The notes: a model not told the origin generated them from the sequence alone. Counted from the first letter of the stretch, positions 22,901-34,900 are shown. The stretch: DNA of 64,000 nucleotides from Mizuhopecten yessoensis (GCF_002113885.1 NW_018405306.1:128161-192160), one strand, 5' to 3'. Translations and numbers: made by a program.

Positions 22901-25900
22901 TTATCCAACATACATTTTATAAGGGAACTAAATAATTATAGTTTGAAATGTTATACTTTTCAAGATTTCCTGTTTTCAAAACTGAAAGAAAGACGACAAA
23001 ACATTTTGAAAAGTATAACATTTAAAATCAAATTCTTTCTAGTTCTCTTTGAAAGAAGATTACAAAACAAAACAGATGTGGATCATTCCAACTACTCAAT
23101 AGGACTCTTAAAGAAGATTTTCAACTAAATCGACTTTGTAAATTCCAAAGAAAATGATATGAATTAACAATCAGGATCAAGATTTAGGTACACACACACA
23201 CAAAGTCCTGGATTATCAAAAGGGTGTTTACCCAATTTTCTGAAACTAATTTCAAAAAGTTGTTTTAAATTAAACATGTCCGAACTTGATGTATTTAAAT
23301 CAACTACCCAGTTAATTTTTTGTCTCTTTATCAATTCAGAAAAATGTAAAGTCACTCATTACCTTTTAAAAAAATCAACAAGTCTCAACTTGATTTTAAA
23401 AATAATCCGCTTCTAATATTACCCATTAAAAGCACTTTAAAAATTCTCTGAAGTGATTTTTCTGGTTGACTAGCTAGAATATTAGGAGGAGACATAGATA
23501 AACACTAAAATTAATATATTACTCAAATGTTCAAGGATTTTAAAATTATCTTATGTCTTATTTAAACAGCTATTAGTGTGATTGTTCAGGAATTTTTGTT
23601 ATCTAAAATAATATGATTTATGCAAATTTATATTGCAACAATAAGTAATAAAAACTTGACAAAGGAAAATTTTGTTTAGGATCTGCCTACATAATCTGCT
23701 GCTGTAATAGTTGATAAAATATCATTGAGTAAAGTTGATATACCTTAAAGGTGTCCAGAGGCACTTACATGTGGTAAAGGGCTAATATTGGACATGTCAA
23801 AAAAAAAATCTTGTATATTTTACACAAAAGTAATATTGATACAAAGATCACTTTGTAAAGGGGTTAATGATGGTAAGCTAAAGACAAAAAGAACCCATAA
23901 ATATGTGTGCTAATGTAAAGTTTGAAAAAAATCCATTAAATGATGAGTTTTAAGACTTTGTTAACTCGTTCACCCCTAAAGTCACATCTGAACCTTACCA
24001 AATCAACGACTAGGCAAGTCCAGTTTAGATATGTAGGGGTGCATGAGTAATGCTTACCAGAATTTTAATATCTATATGCATCTGTTTAAAATTTCCAAAT
24101 TATTGTAAAATTGCACCTTTGATGACAGTAATATTAAAACCCTTAACAAATATTATCAAGTCCTTAAACATTATTTTCAAAACAACATCCAACAACTTGT
24201 CAAAATTCTGAAAAGGAAAGTTCAGGAGAAGGAAATTTCTTCAAAAAACGGTGTTACAGGGAAAATTGTAAGCATATCGGAAAAGCTGGAAAGAATAAAA
24301 AAAATCTGCAAAAAATAGACCTTCAGAAAAACAATGTGTTGTGAAAAAATAAAACTTTTTTATTGCAAAACAGAAATTAACTGAATTAAGTATTTATAAA
24401 TTCCATCCGTGGATGCACATCATATTAAAAAATTAAATTGTCTGATCAAACAATGTCAGCAGAACCCCAAAAAATCATTATTATCAGTAATGTCTATAGA
24501 GTTTTACATCTGCCAAATACAGAAATGACTAACAGACATGCACACATTTCTAGCACAACATTGTGATCCGAACTCCGACTTTCCAGATATCTTGTCAATT
24601 TTATCACTGTATCTTATTCACATAAAGTTCGAAAAAACAAACCGAAAAAAGTCGGATTAGGTCGTCTTTTTAGAATTCCAACATCAACCTGGGTTCGAGC
24701 AGCACATTTTTGTGTGTAAAATATGTTCCAAAAGAGCATATGTATGATTTTGCTTCTCTTATAAAGACACAAAATGATTTGCGAGTATCAAACATAAATT
24801 ACAGTCTGTGGTTGGAAATGGCTAAACATCAGTTTAAAGATTAAACAACCAGGTGGACAACATTAAAAACTATAGAAAGTGTGTTTTCTGACCTTGTCTA
24901 ATCTGACTTCCCAAGGTGTCGGGTACGACAGGTTTTATTGTGTCAGATGAACACAACTGATACCAGTAGACTTAAATAACCTAAATATCAGACGCCTACA
25001 GTAAGTAGAGATAGACTTCAAAACATATGTTAACAACATACAGTCCCAGTAACTACCAAAAGGCCTAATCTGTAATCCTCAATATTTTTTCAGACCATCC
25101 GCCACACATCTTGTGTCCATCCCAAGTCGAGAAGGTACCCCTGTAACGACCCAGACGACCATGCCCTTCGGTACCGAGTCCACAGTGCAAGTAACAAGCT
25201 CCCAGAATGGTCATCCAGCCGTCACGGTCCAACAGGTTCTGTCCGCCCCTGTCGACAATCTCAGTCCCTCGGCCATCAAGGAGGAGCTTAGCTCAACACT
25301 CAATGGGTGTGCCATTGACAATTCCATCAAGAGGTTAGTTCGAAGTTTTCCTCCTGCCACAATGATGTGGAACAAGATTGTGGGCTACTTTGTCATGAGT
25401 CAATGTTTCAATGCAGAATGGGGGAGGGGGGGGAGACGTAGACTAATTTGTTCAATTACATCGCTGAATATAACATGATGCTGACTATATTGACTCTGAT
25501 TTTCGACACGTTCGGTCATTCCAACGTCTGCTGAATCCCCAAATAAATTGCTCGTTTTAATCTTGTGTGACTGGTTATGTTAACCACTGCTCATCTGAAC
25601 TATTGATATACATTTTGTATATATATATCTCCTCTTTGGTTTAGAAAATCGGCTATAATACAACATTGAAAATGCAAAACAAAGTTTTGTTATTAAATAT
25701 TTAAAAACAAAAACTTTGCACAATTTTTCTGGTAAATGTTAAATTGACACATTATCTTTGTTTAAACATAAGAAAATATAACATTTGTTTTGCTTACAGT
25801 TGGTTAGCGAGTCTTGGTCTGTCGGCATATATTGATAACTTCCACCAGTTGAACCTCAGCACTATGCAGCAGCTGGAAGATTTCACTATCGAGGTAAGCC

Positions 25901-27298
25901 TTCCTTTGCTTGACAGGAATTCTTCAGGCAGCAGTCGTACTCAGAGTCATACACTAAATGCTAAGTTTGTTTTGAACAGAAACAGTAACTGAAAATATAT
26001 TTTGTTCCTTGTCTGCCAATCCAATAAATTCAACTGTCAGAAAATATCTAGAAATTTCACTAAAGAGCACTCAAATTCTACCGCGGCAGTCAGAGGGACA
26101 GGTCATATGTTTTCAATTATTAATTCGGCACAATTGTGGCTTACTAAGTTGTTTTCAGCGGTTTAGAGTCGAGATACCGGTCATTTGCACTCTTTGCTCG
26201 ACAAAGGAAACAGAGATCTTCGAAAGGTCACAAAATAAGTTTTCAATAACAGTTTTTGTTCAAAACAAACTTAGCATTTATTATTCATTCCAAACTAATG
26301 AATCTTATGCCGAATAGTCATACACTCATTTCTAGGGCCATTAAATGAACCCATTTTCTGTATACTAGAGGCACTCTGTTTCCAAAATTTGTCAAGCCAA
26401 ATTGCAAAAGATATTTTCTTATCACGGCTTTCTATCTTTTCTAATACTCAAGTAATTCCATAAACAATAAGAGGTAAGTCGTTTGAAAATGTACAATTTT
26501 TCCAAATTTTCCCAATTATTTTTCATAATTTGAACCCTCTTCTGAAATCTGTTGCACTTGTAACCCCTAGGCATAATGATGCCATCAGTATTGGAGAAGC
26601 TCCCTGGACTTGACAAGAAAGAATGTTAATTTCCTCAACGACGTGCAGGTCATATATACTGGACACTTAATGTAATGTTGAGTGTTTACAGTTGAAATAC
26701 AAAAAGCAGGTTTCGATAGATCTAAAAAATACTAGGTACATGTTTTATTACTCAAGGAGTTTTTTGCAACCATTACATGTTCTGTTCCCTAACTGAACTT
26801 TTACTGATGCTACAATCAATGAGGAAAGTTTGCTACGTACAGCAGCTAAAACTATATTGATTTTGTTATAAGGTCTTTTTGATATCATCGTGTTAGGAGA
26901 AAAAATCCTGATACTTAGGACTGTTTTGTATGAAACCATGAAGGGATGGTAAAATGAAAATTAGAAACTAAATGTGACCGTTATCATTACAGGACCTTCA
27001 GAAAATGAAGATCGGCACAAGTCACCGAAACAAGATCTGGAAAGCATTGGTAGAGCAGCGAAACCAGTCGGTGATTCTGTCCGAGTCGGCCAGCCTCCAA
27101 CACGAAATCTCGACTGCATCAACAATGAGTATGTCATCCCAGAGCAGCATCACTCCCACCTCCAACTACTGCCCCGGCTACTACGAGGTCACCCGGTACA
27201 CATTCAAACATACCATCTCTTACACGGCCAAGGCCGGCGACAAGGATTCCAGTAGTCCATCGACAAAGCGACAGAAACGGGAAGATGAATGTGTCTAG
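10842..27298 (+). CDS. p53/p63/p73: p53/p63/p73-family transcription factor, TAp63/73-like SAM isoform, 14 coding exons, 624 aa: join(10842-10960,11364-11487,14181-14279,14637-14707,16218-16296,17009-17195,17791-17901,18130-18235,18691-18812,18998-19092,19330-19451,25094-25333,25800-25893,26993-27298)
   Basis: All introns are GT-AG with compatible phases (1875 nt in total). Contains [14 protein letters not shown] motifs [20 protein letters not shown] and [12 protein letters not shown], the oligomerisation domain, a SAM domain and a TID-like YTFKHTIS. Confidence 0.96.
11083..11310. mobile_element. MITE-like insertion in the intron after the TA exon
   Basis: Imperfect terminal inverted repeats taaggccaa...cttgtgtttcc and ggaaacacaag...ttggtctaa. 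Confidence 0.55.
11364..11487 (+). CDS. p53/p63/p73: TA-specific exon ([41 protein letters not shown])
   Basis: tttcag acceptor, gtaagt donor, phase 2-0, open reading frame. Confidence 0.92.
12380..12579 (+). promoter_or_regulatory. Internal (P2) promoter for the DeltaN isoforms
   Basis: p53-RE-like TAGCAAGACT-GGACATGCCA at 12417-12436, inverted CCAAT (ATTGG 12502-12506) and TATA-like TATATATTTA at 12528-12537, directly upstream of the DeltaN exon. Confidence 0.65.
12580..12618 (+). CDS. p53/p63/p73: DeltaN alternative first coding exon ([13 protein letters not shown])
   Basis: AAAATG context, 13 codons, strong donor AGG|gtaagt. Phase 0 matches the exon at 14181. Position corresponds to vertebrate exon 3' and resembles the short DeltaN leader I recall for mussels. 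DeltaN-SAM product is 556 aa. Confidence 0.85.
14181..14279 (+). CDS. p53/p63/p73: Common exon ([33 protein letters not shown])
   Basis: ttgcag acceptor, gtaagt donor, phase 0-0. SSPY motif as in p63/p73. Confidence 0.93.
14637..14707 (+). CDS. p53/p63/p73: Common exon, proline-rich ([23 protein letters not shown])
   Basis: tttcag acceptor, gtaagt donor, phase 0-2. Leads into the conserved PSNTDY. Confidence 0.93.
16218..16296 (+). CDS. p53/p63/p73: DBD exon ([27 protein letters not shown])
   Basis: ttacag acceptor, gtaagt donor, phase 2-0. Contains the L1-loop lysine (KSTTWT). Confidence 0.96.
17009..17195 (+). CDS. p53/p63/p73: DBD exon ([20 protein letters not shown]...[15 protein letters not shown])
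   Basis: ttgcag acceptor, gtaagt donor, phase 0-1. Zinc ligands in RCPNH. Confidence 0.97.
17791..17901 (+). CDS. p53/p63/p73: DBD exon ([37 protein letters not shown])
   Basis: cttcag acceptor, gtaatg donor, phase 1-1. Confidence 0.96.
18130..18235 (+). CDS. p53/p63/p73: DBD exon ([35 protein letters not shown])
   Basis: ctacag acceptor, gtaagt donor, phase 1-2. Zinc cysteines and the R248-equivalent are present. Confidence 0.97.
18448..18538. mobile_element. About 90-bp TTAA-flanked MITE (piggyBac-like)
   Basis: ttaactcattcatccct...agaggtgaaagggttaa; related copies occur elsewhere in the window. Confidence 0.7.
18691..18812 (+). CDS. p53/p63/p73: DBD C-terminal exon ([41 protein letters not shown])
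   Basis: ttgtag acceptor, gtaagt donor, phase 2-1. R273- and R280-equivalents are present. Confidence 0.97.
18998..19092 (+). CDS. p53/p63/p73: NLS/linker exon ([32 protein letters not shown])
   Basis: ttttgaag acceptor, gtaaga donor, phase 1-0. KKRK NLS and start of the oligomerisation domain. Confidence 0.92.
19330..19451 (+). CDS. p53/p63/p73: Oligomerisation-domain exon ([40 protein letters not shown])
   Basis: tttcag acceptor, gtaagt donor, phase 0-2. Includes the p63/p73-type second helix. Confidence 0.96.
20349..20511 (+). CDS. p53/p63/p73: Candidate additional terminal exon ([54 protein letters not shown])
   Basis: Strong acceptor ccttttttacag. The phase-2 frame is open for 53 codons and ends in TAG TAG; GC content is exon-like. 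Confidence 0.45.
20627..20729 (+). CDS. p53/p63/p73: p53-like terminal exon with a basic tail ([34 protein letters not shown]); TA product 445 aa
   Basis: ctcatttcag acceptor, phase 2 matches the exon ending at 19451. Lys-rich tail resembles the C-terminus of SAM-less bivalve p53 proteins. Confidence 0.88.
21920..21970 (+). terminator. Probable poly(A) site of the SAM-less isoforms
   Basis: TGTA (21920), AATAAA (21932-21937) and a GT-rich downstream element after about 1.2 kb of UTR-like sequence. Confidence 0.6.
23961..24050. mobile_element. About 90-bp TTAA-flanked MITE, inverted relative to the copy at 18448
   Basis: Reverse-complement similarity to 18448-18538 along its length. Confidence 0.7.
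25094..25333 (+). CDS. p53/p63/p73: p63/73-isoform linker exon ([15 protein letters not shown]...[21 protein letters not shown])
   Basis: tttttcag acceptor, gttagt donor, phase 2-2. Confidence 0.92.
25800..25893 (+). CDS. p53/p63/p73: SAM-domain exon ([32 protein letters not shown])
   Basis: ttacag acceptor, gtaagc donor, phase 2-0. SAM signature WLxxLGLxxYxxxF. Confidence 0.95.
26993..27298 (+). CDS. p53/p63/p73: Last exon: SAM end and TID/HOMO-like region ([19 protein letters not shown]...[15 protein letters not shown]...KREDECV*)
   Basis: ttacag acceptor, phase 0, in frame with ORF 27005..27298. RYTFKHTIS resembles the p63/p73 TID RFTLRQTIS. Confidence 0.95.
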   Translation, partial: DLQKMKIGTSHRNKIWKALVEQRNQSVILSESASLQHEISTASTMSMSSQSSITPTSNYCPGYYEVTRYTFKHTISYTAKAGDKDSSSPSTKRQKREDECV

Positions 27299-30200
27299 AA
27301 CGATTGACAGAGGACAGGGTGCAAGTGAGAGAGGGAGAGAGAGATCTTTATACAGTGCTTACCTATGCACAAAAGTGTTCTTATATATAGAATTGACTCA
27401 AAACACAGTTCAACTTGAAGGTGTTTTGCCTAGCAAGTGTGAATCAAGGTTGATGTGCGTTAGGCCGTTAGTTTGGCAAGGGTGGCAATCAACGATGTGA
27501 ATATTTTTTGTATGTTTTTTACTGGGGTTATGAAATATCCCGAAAATCAATTGAAATGTTTTAAGGTAAATATTGACATTTATGTCTAACTTGATGATTT
27601 GTTGTATAAGAGTTGTCATTGCTTACCATGTCGCACGGTGGTACAGTTTCTTGCTGAAAAACAAGGAGTATGAATTCATCATTCTTGACTCTGTTACATT
27701 AAGTTTCATCTTGATAATTATTATTGTAAAAGTCGTTTTTTCATTTGGTTATAATTATTCGTAATTGTTTGCAGAAACATTTTTTTCACGGAAAATACAA
27801 TCCACAAAAAAATTATAGCAAATGATCTAACCCTTACTATATATAGCACTTTGTACTACGAAAACAAGATGTAAAGTGTGTAAAAAATAGATCCTGTGAG
27901 ACTTATCATTTTAGCAAATCTGTAAAAATCATGGATGGCTAAAGACAGTTAACAAAAAAATATGTGTATGTCTTAAAGAGTTCCAAATTATTACTCCCAA
28001 ATAACACACACAAAATAAATTTGTATTTCTGCAAATATTTTAACAAACACTTTAATGGAAAAAATAACTGAACACATAATTAAGATGAAACTCAATGCAA
28101 CAGATTCTTTATGTACTTTGTGTTTAAATGCAATATATACCTTAAAATATGTTCATGATGATCGTGTTGGTAATAATACTAGGGGGAAAATGATAGTGTA
28201 AAAATATTGATATGACAAGTGTTCAGGGGAAATAACTGTGTTCAAGCCACAACAAATTCTCATTTCATACATAATGTAGCAAACTTCAAAGTTGTAGTTG
28301 AAAGCCATGACACCTCCTTAGTGTAATCATTATTATTATTTTGGTCTCTGTACTTTCTCTTGTTTCATAGGGGGGATAACTTCGACTCTACATTGTTGAA
28401 AATTGAAATTATTTCAAATATATATATACTATAGTAGAAAAGCTCTGAGGTGCATGTGCTGTTCGTTTTGAAGTGTCATACAGCATCAAGAAAATCTGTG
28501 TTCAGTAGAAAGAAAACATTCCGTTTTATTTTTATACCAAGTTGTTTTCCATATTAATGTTGTGTTGTTTTTGGTGGAACATTTTGCTGTTACTTTGGCA
28601 GAATATTTGTTGGTAATCGTGTCTCTATCCGAGATCGATCTTGGATACATTTTGTACAGTGCTTGTGGACAGGGTTCCATCCTCTGGGCCTTTGTGCTAG
28701 GGCTTTGTTTTTGTTGTACATATGTAAAATCTTAGCTTTTTTGTTGGTAGTTGAGAGAACAATGTTGATTCTTATGTGTGTGGTTTTCCCTATCTTACAC
28801 AAGTGTTTTATTTCACCTGAAGATGTTTATTTAAAGATTATACCAAGTGGAAGATTTAACCATGTGGAGCCATTTGTTTAATAAAACTACAGTTGACATG
28901 TCACTGTAGAAAAATACTGTATAGGGTTATTGCCATGATGCAGATATGTAACTCTGCAACTGTATTACAGTGAAATGTGGGTCAAAGGCAACAGCAGGTT
29001 CTTTTATACATAATGTAGAAAAAGATGTATTTAAAAAACTTAATTTGCTGTTGAAAAGATCAGAAAAAGGCATAAATGCTAGAGGAAGTAATGGGAAACC
29101 TATGGGAAATAACACAAATTGTTTCCAGTAGGAAATAGCAAAGATACGAGTGATAATGAAAAATGGACTGTTTTACAAATGGCTCCCATAGACAGTACAT
29201 ATATAAAATATATATGTCTTGACGTGTTCATTCTAATTTATGTTTTTATATTTATGCAAGTTGCAATGTCCTATAAAATAGATTGAAGTGTTTCAGATTT
29301 TATTATTGGTTTATGTGAAGTGCATGTTTTTATACGGAGCGTATAGTTGTAATTCTATTAAGCTTTCCGTTACAGCTGTTGTAGAAAGTTTTCAACTATT
29401 TTTGGGCACAAATCTTGTTAAAAGATTTTATACGATTTGTTTTTAATGATTGTTGTTCCTCCGTCCACATTTAACTCTTTCCACCCCTACAAACCACAAT
29501 ATCTAGGACTCAAATCCATAATGGTAGAGTCCACCTTTGGTTTTTAGGGTTGGTAGGTTAAATTAATTTTTGTTGAATATCGAGTGAGAGGAAACATCAT
29601 ATTTGAAATTATATATATATACAAATGTATATCGATTCATAGATAACATTTTGTTCATTTCTAACTCATTATAAATCACATATGACTTGCAATAATCCGT
29701 TATCATTTTTTTAAAGTTTTATATGATAAGTATGCTGGTCTTACATCAATCTTAACCTTCCGCTTGTTCCTAACCAAGTATTTCTGTTATATAAAGTGTA
29801 TAATTGATACAATACCATTTATTTTGGCCTCAGTTTTTTTCATCCCTAAACAATAAACACATGCTACAGCTTTATTGCTCAACTTTACAATTTTCGAACT
29901 CAGCAATTATTCAAGTTCAAGAAGATATATGTCTAATGTTTATTTTTACATCTTCTCTCAATTAGAAGACAGCAAAATATTTATCATCATCATTGGGAAA
30001 TCTTTTGAATACTTGTTGAAGAAATTCAAAAACTTTTCTTAAACCTTATAATGTTCATTTAAATTGACAATAACTTGCAAATCAAGTATTTCTGTATTGT
30101 AGTTGTCATAATATTCATCTTTGGTGCAGCAAACATAACGTTTCGAACTAGCCTCGCCCATATCGGATCGCTCATTCTCATTAATTAAGTTAAACACTGC

Positions 30201-30830
30201 CAAACAGTAACTAAAGGTCTGTCAAAAAACATCAGGAGACTCATTCTCAGAAAATGCTTTTATTTTGAATTTTTACATAAAAAATTATCTGGTTTATAAT
30301 CAAATTTCTTTTTTTCTTTTTTAAATAATTATTTTGTATGAGTGAGAACGTGTATAATTAACTGAATAAAGAATCAATCCAATTTATTTCTGGTACAATT
30401 GTACATGATTTGTTCAAATCTTCCTTAAAAAAAAGGATATATTTTTTTGGTGCCAATCAACTCTCTTATTGCCTTGAATAAATACTGATTGAATTATAAC
30501 ACAAACTTAAATTTGAATTATTTCAAAATTAAATCTCTGGTATAATGCATGAAGTAAGACTTGTTAATGACAAAGAAACTACAATGGTTGCCATGGTTAT
30601 TTAAAGTTTAGTTTTAGTCATTGTCTTATTCCTGTATTTGAAAAACAAATGTGGTTCGATGCAATTTTTATATCAAAAGCTTTTAAGTAGATTTTGTCTT
30701 CACAAACATGTTAAGAACAAATAACTTTAAAAATTGATTTGTTTTGTTTGGAAATGGAATTGTTAAAATACATTTAATATGAACAAATGAAAATAAATAC
30801 AATTACAATGTAATATATGTTTTGTGCTAT
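27299..30830 (+). other. Long AU-rich 3' UTR of the SAM isoforms with several candidate poly(A) signals
   Basis: AATAAA at 28014, 28880, 29852, 30365 and 30792; the last is followed by GT-rich sequence. The true end is unknown. Confidence 0.45.
29471..29561. mobile_element. Diverged TTAA-flanked MITE in the putative 3' UTR
   Basis: ttaactctttccacccct...tagggttggtaggttaa, same length class as the other copies. Confidence 0.55.
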
Positions 30831-31949
30831 TTCCTCCTGTAGTTTAAGAACTTGTGGCCTGACTAGAGGTCTAACCACTTGTACATCCTTACCACAGCAC
30901 TTTCTGTCATGGCCACTAAACCTGAAACCTGCGAAATAAGCGAATCCTTGGTTAGAAAAAGGCTTTTTCTGTAACCATTTCCAGAGTTTGACCTTTAGAT
31001 CTAAGACTTACAGGTGCCTTACTCCAAGACTGACATTTACCTACAACCACTTTGACTGGTGAACCCTTTAACTCCTCCCGAGGGTCCAGGTTTTAAACCT
31101 GGAAAGGACTGATTTCGGGGCGTCTTCCTCAACCTCTGAGCAGATTTTTACTAAGTTTGCCTTGTTGTATACTTGGGACTGTCTAATCAAACTTTGTATA
31201 ATGGAATGGTTTAGATCCCATTCTACAACCTTCTACACAACTGCTGAGCATGAAGAAGCACTTCAATCAGAATTGAACCAGAGGTCTAGCCCAATCTCCC
31301 TGGGCCATAACATGGAAAAAGCTGAGATACCTACCCAATAGTAAAACGTCCATGCAGTTTCTGGACACGAAGAGATTATATGCTACAAACCGCTAAGTAT
31401 ATATGGTAGCTTATAGAAAGAGTGTCTCCCTTCACATTAAACAAACAGCTGGATCAGATCTTATTTTGTGTACAGAGACCTATATATCATGTAATATACA
31501 GGTCTGTAAGTAAATTTCATGGGGAAAGACCACTTTCACGTAACTTGTAAGAAATCAATTTGGATAGTAGTGATATTCAGATAACCGATCTACTAGGAAT
31601 TGCGAGGTTATCCATGAGAATTTCATAGTAATGTGTGACCTTAATTACAACCCTAAGGATGAGAGTAAATGTCAACCATTGAAAGATCTTTGTGATAATT
31701 TTGATCTGGAATATAATCAAAGGTGATACGTGTTTCCTCAAAAATAGAAAGTCATCACAGATTGACGTAGTTTTAAGTAACGATCGTAAGCTATTTCCAT
31801 CACACGTGGGGTCAGTGATTTTCATAATATCATTGCCTTTCAGCTTCATGGAGAAGTACCACGTAAAGCGACCCAATGGACACCGTACAAAAGTTTTAAA
31901 TCTTTATATATTGATAGTTTTAAGTATGATTTACACACTTCAGAAGTAG

Positions 31950-34900
31950 AATTTAGTAGAGATAACATTGAACCCGATGTAAATACAAATGTACTGTATT
32001 TGAAAAGTTCCATGACACATTTACAGGTATTATTAACAAAACATATACCAGTAAAGCGGATAAAAGTGTATCAACAACTGAAAACAGCTATTTTTAAGAA
32101 ACGTGAGTTACATGACAAATATTTATCATGTAAAACAACTGCCAATTGGGGATACTATCGGAAACAAAGAAGTCTTTGTATTAGTATGAGAAGAAAGTCA
32201 ATAAATTAATATTTCCTTGAACGATGGGCTGGAGGACCAAAATCTAAAGATTTTCGGCCTACCATTAAGCGTAATATTGTTTTATGTGAACATGATGCAT
32301 TAGTGTGTGACCAAAAGAGAGTTAGTGAGACTTTTAATGATTTATTTTTTCAACGTAGCTAAAAACATAGGTATTAACAGCATTGAGGTAGATAAATACC
32401 ACCGCAGTATTCAGACTAGTCAAGATCATATTACAACAGTAGAAAACCTTTTAATTTACACCAGTTGATGAGAATTTTGTCAGCAAATGCAATGCATTGG
32501 TAACCTAAGTGTGAGAAAAGCCACAGCTAGGAATAGACGGAGTTTCAGCCACGTTTGTAAAGCTTGTACGTCAAGAGATTCTTAAACCTTTAACATCTAT
32601 TTGGGAATTATTCTCTTTTAAACTATATTTTTCCAGACAGAATGAAAATAGCACAAGTAGTTCCATTGCATAAGAAAAACAGTACTCTTGAAACAGATAA
32701 TTATCGTCAAGTCAGTGTGCTACCAGTATTGTCAAAAATATTTGAAAGAGCTATTCATTGTCAGTTAGTTGAATTTGTTAACTACCATTTTAATGATTAC
32801 TTATCAGCTTTTAGATCAGATATGGGTGTCAAACAGTTCTGTTGAAAGTTATAGGGGACTGGAAGAAGGCATTAGATGAAAATAAATACACAGGGACTAT
32901 TTTAATGGTTTGTCAAAAGCATTTGATTGTGTTCCGCATGACTTGCTTTTATTGAAACTTAAGACATATGGGTTAGCGGACAATGCAGTAAATCTTATAC
33001 AGAGTTATCTTAGTGATAGAAAACTGTGAAAATGAATGATTTTTGTAGTGGGTTTTTAGATTTGTACAAAGATGTGCCCCAGAGATCAATTCTCGGGCCG
33101 GTAATTTTTAACATATTTTTGAATATCTTTTACTTCGTCTCAAATTGTGAACTGTATAACTACGCAGACGACAACACACTGCCACATGCGAGTCCAAATA
33201 TTACGGATGTGAAACATTTTCTAGAAACAAATAGTTCTTATTTAGTTCATTGGTTTTCAGATAATCAAGTACAGACAAACCCAGATAAATGCCAGGCTAT
33301 ATGTATTGGAAAGAAAACAAATTCTGCAAATTTGACTTTTAATATTGAAGGAACAGAAATTCAGCCAGAGGATTGTGTAAAATTATTAGCTAAGTGTAAA
33401 AATAGATTACCAGCTAAAAGTTAAGCAACATATATCTAATATTTGTCAAAAAGCATCTCGTCAGTTAAATGTCTTAAAGAGAATTGGATCATATCTTAAT
33501 AGACTAGGCAGACTTACTGTATATCATACTTTTATTATGTCAAATTTTAATTACTGCCCATTGGCTTGGCATTTTTGCGGCAAAGTGGAAACAAAGAAAA
33601 CTTGAAAGATCGACCATGACAGTTCTTATGAATCACTTCTGTTGCAGTCAAAGATGCCAAGCCTGAAACTAAGGAGGATGAGAATTTTATCTTTAGATAC
33701 TTTTAAAATTATACATAAAGAAACTCCTGTTTATCTTCATGATCTCATTACAATGAAAAATAACTTACTGATACCACAAGTGAGAACTACAAGTTTCGGT
33801 CTTAATTGTTTTTGTTTTAGTGCAGCAAAGTTATGGAACTCCCTTCCCGACTCATTTAGAAAAAAAAATCTTTTTTTTTTAATACAAATCCCAGTTGGGA
33901 AGGGGAGTCCTGCAATTGTAGTGCTTGTTCTTGATCTGTGTTAAAATTACTATGCAGCTTTTTAGGTATATTTCCAGCTCAGTGCTTATTGGACACTGCC
34001 TAAGTGCTTATTGGACACTGTAGGCTTAGTGCTTATTGGACACTGCCTTAGTGCTTATTGGACACTGTAGCCTTAATGCTTATTGGACACTGACTTAGTG
34101 GTTATTGGACACTGTAGGCTTAGTGCCTATTGGACACTGACTTAGTGCTTATTAGACACTGTAGACTTAGTGCTTATTGGACACTGACTTAGGGCTTATT
34201 GGACACTGACTTAGTGCTTATTAGACACTGTAGACTTAGTGCTTATTGGACACTGAATTAGTGCTTATTAGACACTGCCTTAGTGCTTATTGGACACTGA
34301 CTTAGTGCTTATTGGACACTGCCTTAGTGCTTATTAGACAGTGCCTTAGTGCTTACTGGACACTGACTTAGTGCTTATTGGACACTGACTTAGTGCTTAT
34401 TGGACACTGTAGACTTAATGCTTATTGGACACTGACTTAGTGCTTATTGGACACTGAAGACTTAGTGCTTATTGGACACTGCCTTAGTGCTTATTGGACA
34501 CTGACTGAGTGCTTATTGGACACTGACTTAGTGCTTATATTGGACACTGCCTTAGTGCTTATTAGACAGTGCCTTAGTGCTTACTGGACACTGACTTAGT
34601 GCTTATTGGACACTGTAGAATTAATGCTTATTGGACACTGACTTAGTGCTTATTTGACGCTGTAGGCTTAGTGCTTATTGGACACTGACTTAGTGCATAT
34701 TAGACACTGCCTTAGTGCTTATTAGACACTGCCTTAGTGCTTATTGGACACTGTAGGCTTAGTGCTTACTGGACACTGTCTTAGTGCTTATTGGACACTG
34801 CCTCAGTTCTTATTGGACACTGTAGACTTAATGCTTATTAGACACTGACTTAGTGCTTATTGGACACTGTATACTTAATGCTTATTGGACACTGACTGAG

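Noticed and set aside
26974-27255. 93-aa overlapping ORF
   Set aside because: Alternative frame of the last p63/73 exon that starts in the intron; no independent support.
32642-33944. RT-like ORFs as a functional reverse transcriptase gene
   Set aside because: Multiple frameshifts, stops and deletions and no endonuclease domain; a dead LINE copy.
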